A DNA stretch of 64,000 nucleotides from Candidatus Babeliales bacterium (GCA_050250855.1 JBFWNW010000001.1:344279-408278), one strand, 5' to 3'; positions 10,217 through 20,659 are shown, counted from the stretch's first letter. The notes: generated by a model from the letters alone, not told the origin. Program-made: numbers and translations.

Positions 10217-11053
10217 TTAGACTTGTAATGAGCAAACACCTTCAGCTTCGTCAATAATTTTTTGTAATTTACGTTCCTTAAAGCCAAGTGCTTTAAGAGC
10301 ATTGATATTTTTATGAATATCTTTGCATAATACAAAACCTTTACCAATCAGTTCTTTTTTTTGTTTTTTATTGAGCGTAGTCAGACAGGTAATAGGATAT
10401 AATTTAAAGCGATCAACAAGTTCTGCAATGCTTTGATTAATGGGATATGCCCACCCAAGGAGCCTCATATTAATGCATGTAGCATAACGAATTGCTTCTG
10501 TTGTGAATTGTGTATTAGTAGCAACCATAGCTGTTTTTATGACAGGAACTTGCGTGGGAACTTTTTCCAACTTTTTTTTAATATCTTCAAAACGTGCTTG
10601 TACATACAACGTTACTTTAACATCTGTTTTAATCCCTCTGCTATTGTGAAATTTTGCTTCTACCATAATATGTTCATTATTTTTTTCGGCAACAACATCA
10701 ACTTGATGATCAACACAAAAGCCAGTTACAAAGACATCAGTATTTGTGTTGTATTCTTCTGCTTGTAAAATATGTGCAATAAACTGCTCAAAGGGAAATC
10801 CACTCGGTCCTAACGAAAGAAGAGCTTGTTTGAGGTTGTAGCGAGCAGCAAGAGGTCTATACTCCTGTTCAAGTTGTTGGAGGGCAAAATAATAAATTTG
10901 CTGTGTAGTATTGAGATCTGGTCTTTGCATAATTTCATGTGCTATTTTTTTTATAAGATGTTCTTGTGCGCCAGATTTTTTAAGTGATCGTTCAAATTTT
11001 TTAAGATCAAATGGCTCTTTAAGTCCTGATGACTTTATAATCATTTTTTGCAT
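10217..11053 (-). CDS. ATP-cone domain plus Mrr-like restriction-endonuclease-fold protein
   Basis: N-terminal IIKSSG.KEPFD..K...SL (ATP cone); GPSGFPFEQF, HQVDVVA, VEAKFH (PD-(D/E)xK-type). Confidence 0.8.
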   Translation of the reverse strand: MQKMIIKSSGLKEPFDLKKFERSLKKSGAQEHLIKKIAHEIMQRPDLNTTQQIYYFALQQLEQEYRPLAARYNLKQALLSLGPSGFPFEQFIAHILQAEEYNTNTDVFVTGFCVDHQVDVVAEKNNEHIMVEAKFHNSRGIKTDVKVTLYVQARFEDIKKKLEKVPTQVPVIKTAMVATNTQFTTEAIRYATCINMRLLGWAYPINQSIAELVDRFKLYPITCLTTLNKKQKKELIGKGFVLCKDIHKNINALKALGFKERKLQKIIDEAEGVCSLQV

Positions 11054-11072
11054 ACTTATTCCTTTTTAATAA

Positions 11073-11153
11073 CCCTTCGACTCACGTTGTTCGCTCAGGG
11101 TGACCGAATAGACCAGTCATACTGAGCGAGGGCTGTAACCCGAGTCGAAGTAT
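11073..11153. repeat. REP-like palindromic element (CCTTCGA..CTCAGG / CTGAG..TCGAAG family)
   Basis: CTTCGACTC/GAGTCGAAG, TCGCTCAG/CTGAGCGA and TGAC/GTCA inverted pairs. Confidence 0.8.
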
Positions 11154-11247
11154 AAAATATAGAACTTTTTAATTTTGAATTAAATCTCTTGCACAGTATC
11201 ACACATTCTTAGTTATCTTGAAGAAAAACAATAAAAAAAGGAATACT

Positions 11248-11961
11248 ATGATAGTTATTACAGCAGTTCTTGCCTTGGTTGCTAGTTTTGTGGGAACATT
11301 GGCAGGATTTGGCATTGCTACTATTATGTTGCCCTTACTGCTTACCTTTTTACCTACCGATCAGGCAATAGTTCTGGTTGCTATTATTCATTGGTTTAAT
11401 GATATATGGAAATTATGGTTTTTTAGAAAAGGAATCAATCGCCAATTATTTTTATATTTTGGTATTCCATCAGTTCTCTGTTCTATTCTGGGCGCTTTTA
11501 TGGTAACAACTATTCCCTTTGCATTCTTTCATCGTATTTTGGGACTCTTTTTGATTTTGTATGTTTTAATGCTGTATTTTTTTCCTCATGTCAGAATACC
11601 AAGTTCACGGGGTTATGAACTTTTAGGAGGAGCTCTTTCTGGTTTTTCTGCAGGGTTTTTTGGTATTCGCGGTGTCATAACAAGTAGTTTTTTATTGGCT
11701 TATCAATTGCATAAGGAAATTTTTCTAGCCACTATAGGAGCCATTGCTTTATTAATTGATTCAGCGCGCATAATGGTTTATTTTCAACAAGGAATGCGCT
11801 TGACTGCTGAAAATAGCTATTGGCTTTTACTTTTTATAGGGGCTTCTTTTGTAGGTGCCTATGCTGCGCGTTTATGCGTAACAAGAATTTCACAAGAAAA
11901 ATTTCGTGCTCTGGTTGCAGTTTTAATTGGTGTAGTTGGTCTTAAACTATTATTCTGGTAG
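11248..11961 (+). CDS. Sulfite exporter TauE/SafE family membrane protein
   Basis: Multi-TM protein, GTLAGFG and SGFSAGFFGIRG motifs; AAGGA RBS favours ATG at 11248. Confidence 0.85.
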   Translation: MIVITAVLALVASFVGTLAGFGIATIMLPLLLTFLPTDQAIVLVAIIHWFNDIWKLWFFRKGINRQLFLYFGIPSVLCSILGAFMVTTIPFAFFHRILGLFLILYVLMLYFFPHVRIPSSRGYELLGGALSGFSAGFFGIRGVITSSFLLAYQLHKEIFLATIGAIALLIDSARIMVYFQQGMRLTAENSYWLLLFIGASFVGAYAARLCVTRISQEKFRALVAVLIGVVGLKLLFW

Positions 11962-12882
11962 TTTTTGATCAAAGCTAGTTTTATTAAGTAACGGTTCATG
12001 AAGAATTTCTTGTTCAAGTTCTAAATCTGCAAGATAATGCTGATCAAACATAAGCTCAAAATAACAGGTATCAAAATCTCGTTCTTGCATGCCTTCATAT
12101 ACAGCTTGGTAATAAATATAGAAAATTAAGGTTGCAAATTTTTTTGTATTATGGAGTGCTTTTGCTAACGTGTCATTATTTTTTATGAGTTCTTGTGCAG
12201 CAATTGCCATTTGCTGAAGATAATGATCTGCTACATCAAGTTTTACTACTTCTGCCTCTTCATCATCTTTGAAGGGGTACGTTTCTTGCAGAAATGATTC
12301 AAAGATTTTTCCGTATGAATCTAACTTTTTAGTTGTTTGAAAAAGATTATCTTTTACTAAAGCAAAAAGTTGTCTTGTTTCATACGATTCTTGGCAACAG
12401 TAATCATGTATTAATGAGACCCCTGCCTTATTAATAGTTTTAACAATGGCCTGTACGTTTTTATTTTCTGGTGTATGTATGAGTTCCATAATATTTTGAT
12501 AAGCTTCACGTAATGCTTTGCGTAGTTCTATAAAATGTTTTATGCGCTCGTATGAAGAAGAAAACATTTCTATTGTTTGTGTACTTATAATAGGATTTTC
12601 ATTATTAAACCGAAGGTGCCAGCTCATTGGTTGTAAAAATTGCGCCTCCTGAATTATTTTATGTTCAAGAGTTCCAAGGGCATAGCATACTGTGCAAAAA
12701 TTCAAAAGAGCATGCAGCTGTTCTGGTGAAAAATGATTACTAAACCAAACTGCCGTTTCAGCCTCATCACGGGCTTTCTGAAGAAGGTCAATCTGCTGAT
12801 ATTTTTTTTTAAGGATAGTTGCTTTATAAGAACTATTGATAAAAAAAGTAAGGAACAATACAACGATGAAAAGTTTTTTCAT
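11950..12882 (-). CDS. Secreted hypothetical helical protein
   Basis: AGGAG RBS then MKKLFIVVLFLTFF at 12882; the ORF-track 5' extension overlaps tRNA-Pro. Confidence 0.75.
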   Translation of the reverse strand: MKKLFIVVLFLTFFINSSYKATILKKKYQQIDLLQKARDEAETAVWFSNHFSPEQLHALLNFCTVCYALGTLEHKIIQEAQFLQPMSWHLRFNNENPIISTQTIEMFSSSYERIKHFIELRKALREAYQNIMELIHTPENKNVQAIVKTINKAGVSLIHDYCCQESYETRQLFALVKDNLFQTTKKLDSYGKIFESFLQETYPFKDDEEAEVVKLDVADHYLQQMAIAAQELIKNNDTLAKALHNTKKFATLIFYIYYQAVYEGMQERDFDTCYFELMFDQHYLADLELEQEILHEPLLNKTSFDQKLPE

Positions 12883-12902
12883 GGGGCTCCTTTTTTGAGA
12901 AA

Positions 12903-12978
12903 TGGTCGGGGCGGCCAGACTCGAACTGACAACCCCTCGCTCCCAAAGCGAGTGCGCTACCAATTGCGCTACGCCCCG
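12903..12978 (-). tRNA. tRNA-Pro(TGG)
   Basis: Reverse complement CGGGGCGTAGCGCAATTGGTAGCGCACTCGCTTTGGGAGCGAGGGGTTGTCAGTTCGAGTCTGGCCGCCCCGACCA folds as a cloverleaf with encoded CCA. Confidence 0.97.
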
Positions 12979-13049
12979 ACGTGAAATTTTAAAGATATCT
13001 AAAGTGTAGCTATTTTTATCCTCTGTTGCAAGCAGTTTTTTGGTAAAAT

Positions 13050-14507
13050 TTAAGAAAAAGCTTCTTGATTTTCATGTTTAAAAAGATATAAAAGCATTTT
13101 AGCTGTTCTTTCACCTGATTCAACCGCACCTTCCATGGTTGCATAGTTTTCAAATGAGGTATGCTCCCCAGCAAAAAATATACGATTTTTTATAGGACGG
13201 AAGGCGGTTCGCACTATATGGCTGCAGGCAATGCTGAAATTATTATACGCCTCATGCTGTTCAGGAGCGACACTTGTATAACTTCCTTTTGAGAAGGGTT
13301 CGTTAATCCAAGAGATACCGACAGCTTCGTTAGATCTGACCCAAGCTTTATCTGAAGAAGGAACAGGGTGTATACTATTAGGCAGGGTTCTATCAGGAAA
13401 TAGTTCTTTAAGATAAGGTTTTTCTTGCTTGAAAACATTAGTTAATTCTTTAATGGAAAAATGATCAAATACTCCTTCTTTGCCGCCAAAATAACACCAA
13501 ATGACAGGTTTAGAACAAATAATGTTTGCTGCGGTATTTCCTAGATCAAAAGATGGGTGAGTATAAAATTGAGGATCAATCGGAATAAGTAATTTTGCAT
13601 TACTACCATATTGTAAGGTATTTATCATTGTTTTTTGATCATCAGGAAAAAGACCCTGTTCTATTTCTACTTCACGCAGGGTAGTACAGGGTAAGGTGAG
13701 AATGGTATAATCTGTTTCTATGCTTGTTCCATTGCTAAAGACAAGAATCGTTTTATCAGTAGTATGATTATATGAAATCTTTGTTAAAACATGGTTGTAA
13801 TATATACAATCGCCAATTGAAGAGCATAATGCCTCAATGAGGTTGCACATGCCATTTTTTACTGTACTCATAGTAAAAAATTCATCATGACTATAATCTT
13901 CATCAATAATGCCACACATTCTTTTATAGGCTTTCCAAAATAAATCAAAGTAGCCAATAGATAATGCATGCGTTGGTGATCCTTCATACCCGCAGAGCCA
14001 TTTTTCTGTAATGATTCTTGGTGGAGTATGAGGATTAAAAAGGCTATCAAACAAAGAACCTATGCTAGAGAAAGAGGTGAGATTTTGCTGGAGAGTATTA
14101 TACAGCTCTGGTGTTGGCAGAGGACCTTTTTTAATGAAGGAGTGAACATAATCAGGCTTGTCGGAGGCATCAAAAAAACGCATATTCTCTGGTTTGTAGT
14201 AATAGGTTTCAAGCTCAAGCTCGAGTTCTTTGATAAGTGATAAAATATGATCTGCATAGCCACCATCATCAATGCTCATGCCGCCAAGCTCTTCATAAGA
14301 TCCATTATCAAAATAGCAGGTATAAACACGGCCCCCAGGTCTCGTGTTTGCTTCATAGCCAACGGCATGGTAACCATTTTGTTTGAGGCGATAGATTGTT
14401 GTTAAACCAGAAAGTCCTGCGCCAACAACGGTTATTTTTTTATTATGTGCTTTGCAAGGGGATAGTGAAACTAAAACAAGAAGAGCTGTAGAAAGATAAG
14501 ATTTCAT
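13050..14507 (-). CDS. Flavin monoamine oxidase family protein with signal peptide
   Basis: VVGAGLSGL, GGRVYT, ELGG, W..EPFSKGSY, FFAGEHT, TMEGAVESGER. Confidence 0.9.
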   Translation of the reverse strand: MKSYLSTALLVLVSLSPCKAHNKKITVVGAGLSGLTTIYRLKQNGYHAVGYEANTRPGGRVYTCYFDNGSYEELGGMSIDDGGYADHILSLIKELELELETYYYKPENMRFFDASDKPDYVHSFIKKGPLPTPELYNTLQQNLTSFSSIGSLFDSLFNPHTPPRIITEKWLCGYEGSPTHALSIGYFDLFWKAYKRMCGIIDEDYSHDEFFTMSTVKNGMCNLIEALCSSIGDCIYYNHVLTKISYNHTTDKTILVFSNGTSIETDYTILTLPCTTLREVEIEQGLFPDDQKTMINTLQYGSNAKLLIPIDPQFYTHPSFDLGNTAANIICSKPVIWCYFGGKEGVFDHFSIKELTNVFKQEKPYLKELFPDRTLPNSIHPVPSSDKAWVRSNEAVGISWINEPFSKGSYTSVAPEQHEAYNNFSIACSHIVRTAFRPIKNRIFFAGEHTSFENYATMEGAVESGERTAKMLLYLFKHENQEAFS

Positions 14508-14545
14508 GAAATGCTTCCTCTTTTTTTCCAGATGGTACGAAACGC

Positions 14546-15079
14546 TTATTCCTGTACCACACTAAGTGATCCAAATACTACATCAGCATTTATTACAATA
14601 AGTGGCTCTGTCTCATGGGAATAATTTTTGTAGCTATAATTTCCTGAGGAAATAGAAGCATTATCAGGGAATTGGGCCGTGCCAAAGGTGACATTGGCAA
14701 TTATTTTGGTAGGTATATTTTTATTAATTTTTAAAACTGTTTCACCAAAAAAAGTATTAATTTTTATGGTTTGAGCTTTTTCTTGTTGTTCATAAAGGTG
14801 GCGTAAATCAATAACAGCTTTGCCAAACATAACTTTATAATAGTTATCTATTTTTTCTGGCTTGATGGTTTGCTCTTTAAATGCTATGGTGCGGCGATTT
14901 TTTTTTGAAGTGCCAATATCGCTTATCATGGAGAACCCAAGATAGATTAAAAACAGTGCAAAGAAAATTTTGATAAAAGGTATATCTATATTAAAAACAG
15001 CTTTAATTATGATAGAACAGCCAAAAAGTATCAGTAAGCTGCCCCAAAAGATTTCACTACTAAAAAGCCAAAATTTCAT
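14546..15079 (-). CDS. LiaF/DUF2154-like membrane protein
   Basis: Two N-terminal TM helices (FWG.LLIL.G) then repeated FG...IDL beta motifs; start at 15079 because the track extension overlaps tRNA-His. Confidence 0.65.
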   Translation of the reverse strand: MKFWLFSSEIFWGSLLILFGCSIIIKAVFNIDIPFIKIFFALFLIYLGFSMISDIGTSKKNRRTIAFKEQTIKPEKIDNYYKVMFGKAVIDLRHLYEQQEKAQTIKINTFFGETVLKINKNIPTKIIANVTFGTAQFPDNASISSGNYSYKNYSHETEPLIVINADVVFGSLSVVQE

Positions 15080-15100
15080 ATAAAACCCTAAGAAATAAAA

Positions 15101-15177
15101 TGGGGTGAATGGTGGGGCTCGAACCCACGGCCACCAGAGCCACAATCTGGTGCTCTACCAACTGAGCTACATTCACC
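15101..15177 (-). tRNA. tRNA-His(GTG), with G-1 and CCA
   Basis: Reverse complement GGTGAATGTAGCTCAGTTGGTAGAGCACCAGATTGTGGCTCTGGTGGCCGTGGGTTCGAGCCCCACCATTCACCCCA. Confidence 0.97.
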
Positions 15178-15325
15178 ATGAAGTTATTCTCAAAGTATAA
15201 GGTTTTATCTTAAAAAATCAAACTTTTTGGGCGTAAGGTGCATTTGTTGTTTTGCGCCTTTTGTGCTATATTTTACAGTATGCGTATATCTTGAAAAAGG
15301 AAAATCCTAAAAAGTATTAATTGCA

Positions 15326-17932
15326 ATGGAAAAAAGAGATATTAAACCTGCTCTACAGGTAAAAAAAGAAAAGACATCACTCGATTGGATCAAGATTAAG
15401 GGTGCCCGAGAGCATAATTTAAAGAATGTTGCTGTCGAAATCCCTAAAAATAAGCTTACCGTGATTACCGGGCCATCAGGTTCCGGTAAAAGTTCGCTTG
15501 CGCTTGATGTTCTCTATACAGAAGGTAAACGCCGCTATATGGAGTCCTTATCTTCCTATGCACGCCAATTCCTTGGTATCGCTAAAAAACCTGATTTTGA
15601 TAGCATCGAGGGCCTGTGTCCTGCTATTGCTATTGAGCAAAAGACAGTGGGACATAATCCGCGCTCTACGGTCGGCACCATTACCGAAATTTATGATTAT
15701 TTACGTGTGCTGTATGCTCGCATAGGTGAAATTCATTGTCCTACCTGTGCGCTGCCAATTCAGCAAGAATCGCCAGAAAATATTACCGGCTTAATACTTG
15801 AGCAATTTGCAGGATCTACTATTTCTATTGCAGCGCCTTTGGTCAAGCAGAAGAAGGGCGAATTTAAAAACGAGCTTTTGCAGCTTTACAAGCAGGGTTA
15901 TTATCGCTTTGTTATTGATGGAGCTTCTTATCGTTTTACTGCAGAAGATGAGATTAAAAATTTAGATTTAGCAAAAACATACAAGCATACGATTGATATT
16001 TTGATTGATATGGTTGACGTTGCAGCTGATGAATCTGCACGCTTGCAAGAGGATATTGAAAAATCATTTGCTCTGGCCAATGGCATGTGCAAAGTTATTG
16101 TTGGCGCCAAAGAGCATATGTTCTCAAGTCATCGCATGTGTTTAGCATGTGCTACGGCATTTCCAGAATTAGAACCGCGCTTTTTTTCTTTTAACTCTCC
16201 TATTGGTGCATGTAAAGAGTGTAATGGTCTTGGTTTTATTCATGAATGGCCATGGAGTGCTGGCGACAAAGAAAGTTGGAAAGAAAAGTACCCAGATTTT
16301 TTTGGTTCCTATGCTACGCAAAAAACCTGTAAACAGTGTAATGGCAAACGTTTAAACAAATATGCATTGGCCGTTACGCTTGGTGGTAAAAATATTTTTG
16401 ATGTTGGTGATCTTTCTATAAAAGAAGTTTGTGCATTTTTTAAATCAGTATCATTGAGTACTGCGCAACGAGAAATAGCACAGAGCTTATTACAAGAAAT
16501 TACTAATCGTTTACAGTTTCTTTATGATGTGGGTCTTTCTTACCTTTCATTAAATCGTTCAGCAAGAACACTTTCTGGTGGTGAAGGTCAGCGTATTCGC
16601 TTGGCAACGCAAATAGGCTCAGCATTGAGCGGTGTTCTTTATATTTTAGATGAACCAAGTATTGGGCTGCATCAGCGAGATAACGATAAACTTATTCAAA
16701 CTCTTAAAACATTGCGCGATCAAGGAAATACGGTTGTTGTTGTTGAGCATGATATTGATACCATGAAAGAGGCAGATTATCTTATTGATATGGGTCCAGC
16801 TGCAGGTGTTTTAGGTGGTACTGTTACTGCCTATGGAACGCCCGTGGAGCTTGCAGATAATACTCAATCACTTTCGGGTGCATACTTGGCAGGTAAACGT
16901 TCTATTGCCACGCCACACAAAAGAAGAAAAGCGCAACATTATCTTTCTTTGTATCATGCACAAAAAAATAATTTAAAAGATATAGCTGTTCAATTTCCTT
17001 TAGAAGTTCTTTGCTGCGTTTCTGGTGTTTCTGGTTCAGGTAAAAGTACTTTGGTGCTTGATGAGTTAGTACCAGCAATTCAACGTATGTTTGATGGTCA
17101 TGCAAAAAAAGCAGCTAGTGTTACAGCAACTGATGATCTTAAAGGATTAGAGCATATAGATTCTTTAGTGGTAATTGATCAATCTCCTATTGGTCGTACG
17201 CCACGCTCAAATCCTGCAACCTATTTAGGTGTTTTTGATGAAATCAGAAAACTGTTTGCACAACTTCCGGAAAGTAAAGCGCGCGGTTATACTGTGGGAA
17301 GATTTAGTTTTAACGTACAAGATGGCCGTTGCTTTGAATGTAAAGGAGATGGTTCTATTACTGTTTCCATGCAATTTCTTGCTGATGTTATTATGACCTG
17401 CAAAGCCTGCAAGGGACAGCGCTATAATGCAGAAACACTTTCTGTGCGTTATAAAGGTAAAAACATTGCCGACGTACTTGATATGACAGCGTATGAGGCA
17501 GTACAGTTTTTTGCGGCGCATAAGAATTTAGCTAAACGCTTGCAGCTTATGTGTGATGTTGGTCTTGATTATGTAAAATTGGGACAAGCTTCAACAACAC
17601 TTTCTGGCGGAGAAGCACAACGTATTAAGCTGGTTGATGAACTTGCAAAACGCGGCAACAAAACACTCTATATTCTTGATGAACCAACGACAGGTTTGCA
17701 CAACAGTGATATTGAAAAACTTCTTGAAGTACTCAATCGTTTAGTCAATAAAGGCAATTCAATGATCGTTATTGAGCATAATATTGATGTACTCAAAATT
17801 GCTGATCATATTATTGATATGGGCCCAGAGGGCGGCAATGAGGGTGGTTACGTTGTAGCACAAGGAACACCAGAGGAAGTTGCTGCACATGCAAAGAGCC
17901 ATACGGGACGCTATTTGAAGAAGGTGCTGTAA
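15326..17932 (+). CDS. uvrA: Excinuclease ABC subunit A (short form)
   Basis: GAREHNLKN, GPSGSGKSSLA, FSFNSP.GAC, LSGGE twice, LDEPS/LDEPTTGLH, QSPIGRTPRSNPATY. Confidence 0.97.
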   Translation: MEKRDIKPALQVKKEKTSLDWIKIKGAREHNLKNVAVEIPKNKLTVITGPSGSGKSSLALDVLYTEGKRRYMESLSSYARQFLGIAKKPDFDSIEGLCPAIAIEQKTVGHNPRSTVGTITEIYDYLRVLYARIGEIHCPTCALPIQQESPENITGLILEQFAGSTISIAAPLVKQKKGEFKNELLQLYKQGYYRFVIDGASYRFTAEDEIKNLDLAKTYKHTIDILIDMVDVAADESARLQEDIEKSFALANGMCKVIVGAKEHMFSSHRMCLACATAFPELEPRFFSFNSPIGACKECNGLGFIHEWPWSAGDKESWKEKYPDFFGSYATQKTCKQCNGKRLNKYALAVTLGGKNIFDVGDLSIKEVCAFFKSVSLSTAQREIAQSLLQEITNRLQFLYDVGLSYLSLNRSARTLSGGEGQRIRLATQIGSALSGVLYILDEPSIGLHQRDNDKLIQTLKTLRDQGNTVVVVEHDIDTMKEADYLIDMGPAAGVLGGTVTAYGTPVELADNTQSLSGAYLAGKRSIATPHKRRKAQHYLSLYHAQKNNLKDIAVQFPLEVLCCVSGVSGSGKSTLVLDELVPAIQRMFDGHAKKAASVTATDDLKGLEHIDSLVVIDQSPIGRTPRSNPATYLGVFDEIRKLFAQLPESKARGYTVGRFSFNVQDGRCFECKGDGSITVSMQFLADVIMTCKACKGQRYNAETLSVRYKGKNIADVLDMTAYEAVQFFAAHKNLAKRLQLMCDVGLDYVKLGQASTTLSGGEAQRIKLVDELAKRGNKTLYILDEPTTGLHNSDIEKLLEVLNRLVNKGNSMIVIEHNIDVLKIADHIIDMGPEGGNEGGYVVAQGTPEEVAAHAKSHTGRYLKKVL

Positions 17933-19068
17933 TTCTTCACTGATCTATTGATCAGCAGGGCAACATCAAAATTAATCAAGTCCAATTTTATATGATTGCC
18001 ATCACACGTATGGACAATCAGCTTATCGCCATCACAAATCCATTGTAATTGAGTAACAAGAAGAGGTTTTTCTTGTTTTGCTAGAGGAGCTTTTCCTGCT
18101 ATTTGTTCATATTCAATGCACCAAAGCTCTATTTGGTTAGCATTGTGCTTGTTTGTTGCTGCAAGTATCCGTCCATTAGGATGAATACTTAATATTTTTT
18201 CATTATTTTTTGTTAATTTTTCTTCAAGGGCCAAAAATTTTTCAAAAAGTTCTCGAGGATATTCTTTGAGCCAAGTATCATAATAAGACATAAAGAATGG
18301 ATTAAGTGAAGCGCTTTTGAGCGCAACCGTAGCGGGCATTGACCGTATAGGTTTGAATATAGTTTTATAGTTGTTTCTTTCTTCCTCATTGCAATATTCT
18401 ATGATTTCTTGCATTGTTGCAAACTGTTCAGTACTATCTGTTCTATGAAAAATGAGATAATCGCTGTTGGGTATGCGTTCGATATCTAACAGTTTTTCGT
18501 AAGGAATTAACATTTGTCTATCTGTTCTATGATTAAGGCAGAGGAGTGCGGTTTTGTCGTCTGCATTTTTTATAAGAACAAAAAGATGACTGCCATCAGG
18601 AGAAATAATTTTGTTACTATGAAGAAGTACTTTTTCAAGCGTAATGATAGAAAGTTTTTTTTCTGATGGTTTTTGTAATGTTTTGATAGTGAACGTACAG
18701 GTGCCCAGAGCTTCAAAGCTTCCCGGATTGTAGCTTTTTTCTGATTGTACTGTTACTGCATATAATTCATTATCGTCGTAAAGTACTGGCCCTTGGTATG
18801 GCAACTTTGTTTGTATGGCACTATATTTTTTTAAAATCTCTATGCTTTTTTCAGCCAGATCAAGCGGTATGTGCGTAACTATGGCATTGGCTTGTTCTTG
18901 CTGATTGTCTTGTGAAGCTTTCCAATCAATAGTTTTGTGTAAAGTTAAAGCAGAGAGTTCAAGAAGAGATAAGGGTGGTGAATAGTCCGTTTTGCAAAGG
19001 GCTACTTCTTTTCCTGAATCCATTGCATAGAGAGAGCAGGTAAGAAAAAAAATAAGTAATTTTTTCAT
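17911..19068 (-). CDS. Secreted hypothetical protein, possible beta-propeller segments
   Basis: MKKLLIFFLTCSLYA-MDS signal; SPDGSHL, IHPNGRILA and WICDGDKL motifs. Confidence 0.7.
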   Translation of the reverse strand: MKKLLIFFLTCSLYAMDSGKEVALCKTDYSPPLSLLELSALTLHKTIDWKASQDNQQEQANAIVTHIPLDLAEKSIEILKKYSAIQTKLPYQGPVLYDDNELYAVTVQSEKSYNPGSFEALGTCTFTIKTLQKPSEKKLSIITLEKVLLHSNKIISPDGSHLFVLIKNADDKTALLCLNHRTDRQMLIPYEKLLDIERIPNSDYLIFHRTDSTEQFATMQEIIEYCNEEERNNYKTIFKPIRSMPATVALKSASLNPFFMSYYDTWLKEYPRELFEKFLALEEKLTKNNEKILSIHPNGRILAATNKHNANQIELWCIEYEQIAGKAPLAKQEKPLLVTQLQWICDGDKLIVHTCDGNHIKLDLINFDVALLINRSVKNYSTFFK

Positions 19069-19152
19069 AGGTATTCCTACGTAGACTATTATACTTTATG
19101 CTACTATACAAAGAGAGTTCATTGCTACGGTTTTAAAAAAAAAGGAAACGTT

Positions 19153-19536
19153 ATGATAGATCATGTGATGATTTATATTGCAGATTATTCGGCAAGCAGA
19201 GCATTTTATGATAATTCATTAGCATTACTTGGTATTAAACGGCTTATGACGTTTGATGAAAACAATACTGCAGGATATGGTGATACCATAAAGCCCTATT
19301 TCTGGATTTCTGATAAGGTTAATCGTGGGCCAGAAGAGGAAATTGGTAAAGGAATGCATGTAGCCTTTTCTGCACCTAATCAACAGGCTGTTGATCGTTG
19401 GTATGAAACATGCTTGAAGTTTGGTGGTCAGGATAATGGAAAGCCAGGTTTGCGTTCTGAGTATCATCCTCACTATTATGCTGCCTTCATTATAGATCCT
19501 GATGGTTGGCGCATTGAGGCAGTTTGCCATAATTGA
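19153..19536 (+). CDS. VOC/glyoxalase family protein
   Basis: MIDHV, HVAF.A, GGQDNGKPGLR, YYAAF..DPDG.RIEAV. Confidence 0.92.
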   Translation: MIDHVMIYIADYSASRAFYDNSLALLGIKRLMTFDENNTAGYGDTIKPYFWISDKVNRGPEEEIGKGMHVAFSAPNQQAVDRWYETCLKFGGQDNGKPGLRSEYHPHYYAAFIIDPDGWRIEAVCHN

Positions 19537-19680
19537 ATCCATAAAATTCAGATTGAATTTTTAAACCTGTTTTCATTATTGGCAGCCCTATTGCAATTTT
19601 TATTTTATTGCATTACTATAGGGCTATTCAGGTGGAGCTTTTCTGGCTCACACCATAAACCATAATGAAAGGATTTTCTT

Positions 19681-20166
19681 ATGTTAAAGAAACTTACGTT
19701 AATTGTTGTTGCTGGTAGTATAATGGCTCCTGCAATGGCAGAAGGACCAAGTTACTATGAGCAAGCAGTAAACTATGCTTCTCAAAAAACAAGCCAAGCT
19801 GGTGATTTTATTGCCTTAGGGGTAAAAAAGACTGGTGATAAGATTGGTTCTGGCGCAACTACAGTTTGGAACGGTGCCAAATCAGGAGCTCAATCAGCTG
19901 CTGATTCATTGGTAAGTGCAAAAAATGGTGTTGTTGGTTGGACACAATCTTTGGCAACTAAATATGCTAATACCGATCCTGCAGCACAATATTCAAAGGT
20001 TGCTGGTTCTCTGGCAACAGCTTTCCTTGGCTTAGGATTTTTAAAATATGCTTGGAATAAAAAAGATGAATCAACAGTAAAATCTCTTGGTTCAGCGTTA
20101 GCTGGTTTGGCATGCTGTGCAGCAAGCTTCAAGCTCGGTCTTGATTCAGGTTTTTTTACTAAGTAA
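19681..20166 (+). CDS. Signal-peptide hypothetical protein with C-terminal hydrophobic helices
   Basis: AAGGA RBS, signal peptide, Ala/Gly-rich amphipathic region, followed by a terminator. Confidence 0.75.
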   Translation: MLKKLTLIVVAGSIMAPAMAEGPSYYEQAVNYASQKTSQAGDFIALGVKKTGDKIGSGATTVWNGAKSGAQSAADSLVSAKNGVVGWTQSLATKYANTDPAAQYSKVAGSLATAFLGLGFLKYAWNKKDESTVKSLGSALAGLACCAASFKLGLDSGFFTK

Positions 20167-20180
20167 ATAGTATTTTAGGT

Positions 20181-20216
20181 GGCCTGAGGGAAATTCCCCA
20201 GGCCTTTTCTTTTTTT
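20181..20216 (+). terminator. Intrinsic terminator
   Basis: GGCCTGAGGG-AAATT-CCCCAGGCC followed by TTTTCTTTTTTT. Confidence 0.8.
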
Positions 20217-20228
20217 AGGGGGATCTCT

Positions 20229-20603
20229 ATGAAACGTTTCATGAACGTTGTTGTTCTTAGTTTTTTAATGGCCGCATCGAGCGCGCCAGTTAAGGCGAGT
20301 GATTGCCAGCCGTGTCCAGTTAATTCTGTTGTCAAAACAGTATACGCTGCATTGCCGTCTGAAAAGTTGCTGGTAGATAATATGCAGAAATCGTTCGGGT
20401 TAGTTATGGCCTCTGTAGGATTAATATATGTTTTAACTGGTTTTGCAGAATTAGCAGTCAAGGCATTTGCAGATACCGATAAAAATTTAAACAGAGAATG
20501 CGAAGCACACGAACTTAGTAGAATTCGTGGCGCATTGAAGTTGATAGCTGGAGCATCCTTAGGTGCTTTTGGTAGCGCATTGCTTGATGCTGCAAGAAAA
20601 TAA
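20229..20603 (+). CDS. Signal-peptide membrane hypothetical protein
   Basis: AGGGGGA RBS, signal peptide, two hydrophobic helices. Confidence 0.7.
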   Translation: MKRFMNVVVLSFLMAASSAPVKASDCQPCPVNSVVKTVYAALPSEKLLVDNMQKSFGLVMASVGLIYVLTGFAELAVKAFADTDKNLNRECEAHELSRIRGALKLIAGASLGAFGSALLDAARK

Positions 20604-20626
20604 CTGAATTTTTAAGTTATAAAAGT

Positions 20627-20659
20627 AAAAGGGCTTTGCACATTGCAAAGCCCTTTTTT
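20627..20659. terminator. Bidirectional intrinsic terminator
   Basis: AAAAGGGCTTTGCA-CAT-TGCAAAGCCCTTTT between convergent genes. Confidence 0.88.

Noticed and set aside
10217..11053. Restriction-modification or defence system
   Set aside because: A solitary ATP-cone/Mrr-like gene; the neighbouring methyltransferases lack DNA-MTase motifs such as DPPY/NPPY.
12883..12963. N-terminal extensions of track ORFs 11950..12963 and 14546..15145
   Set aside because: They run through tRNA-Pro and tRNA-His; the downstream ATGs (12882, 15079) are the plausible starts.
19630..19654. Leader hairpin GGTGGAGC..GCTCACACC as a riboswitch
   Set aside because: Too short and matches no aptamer I recognise.
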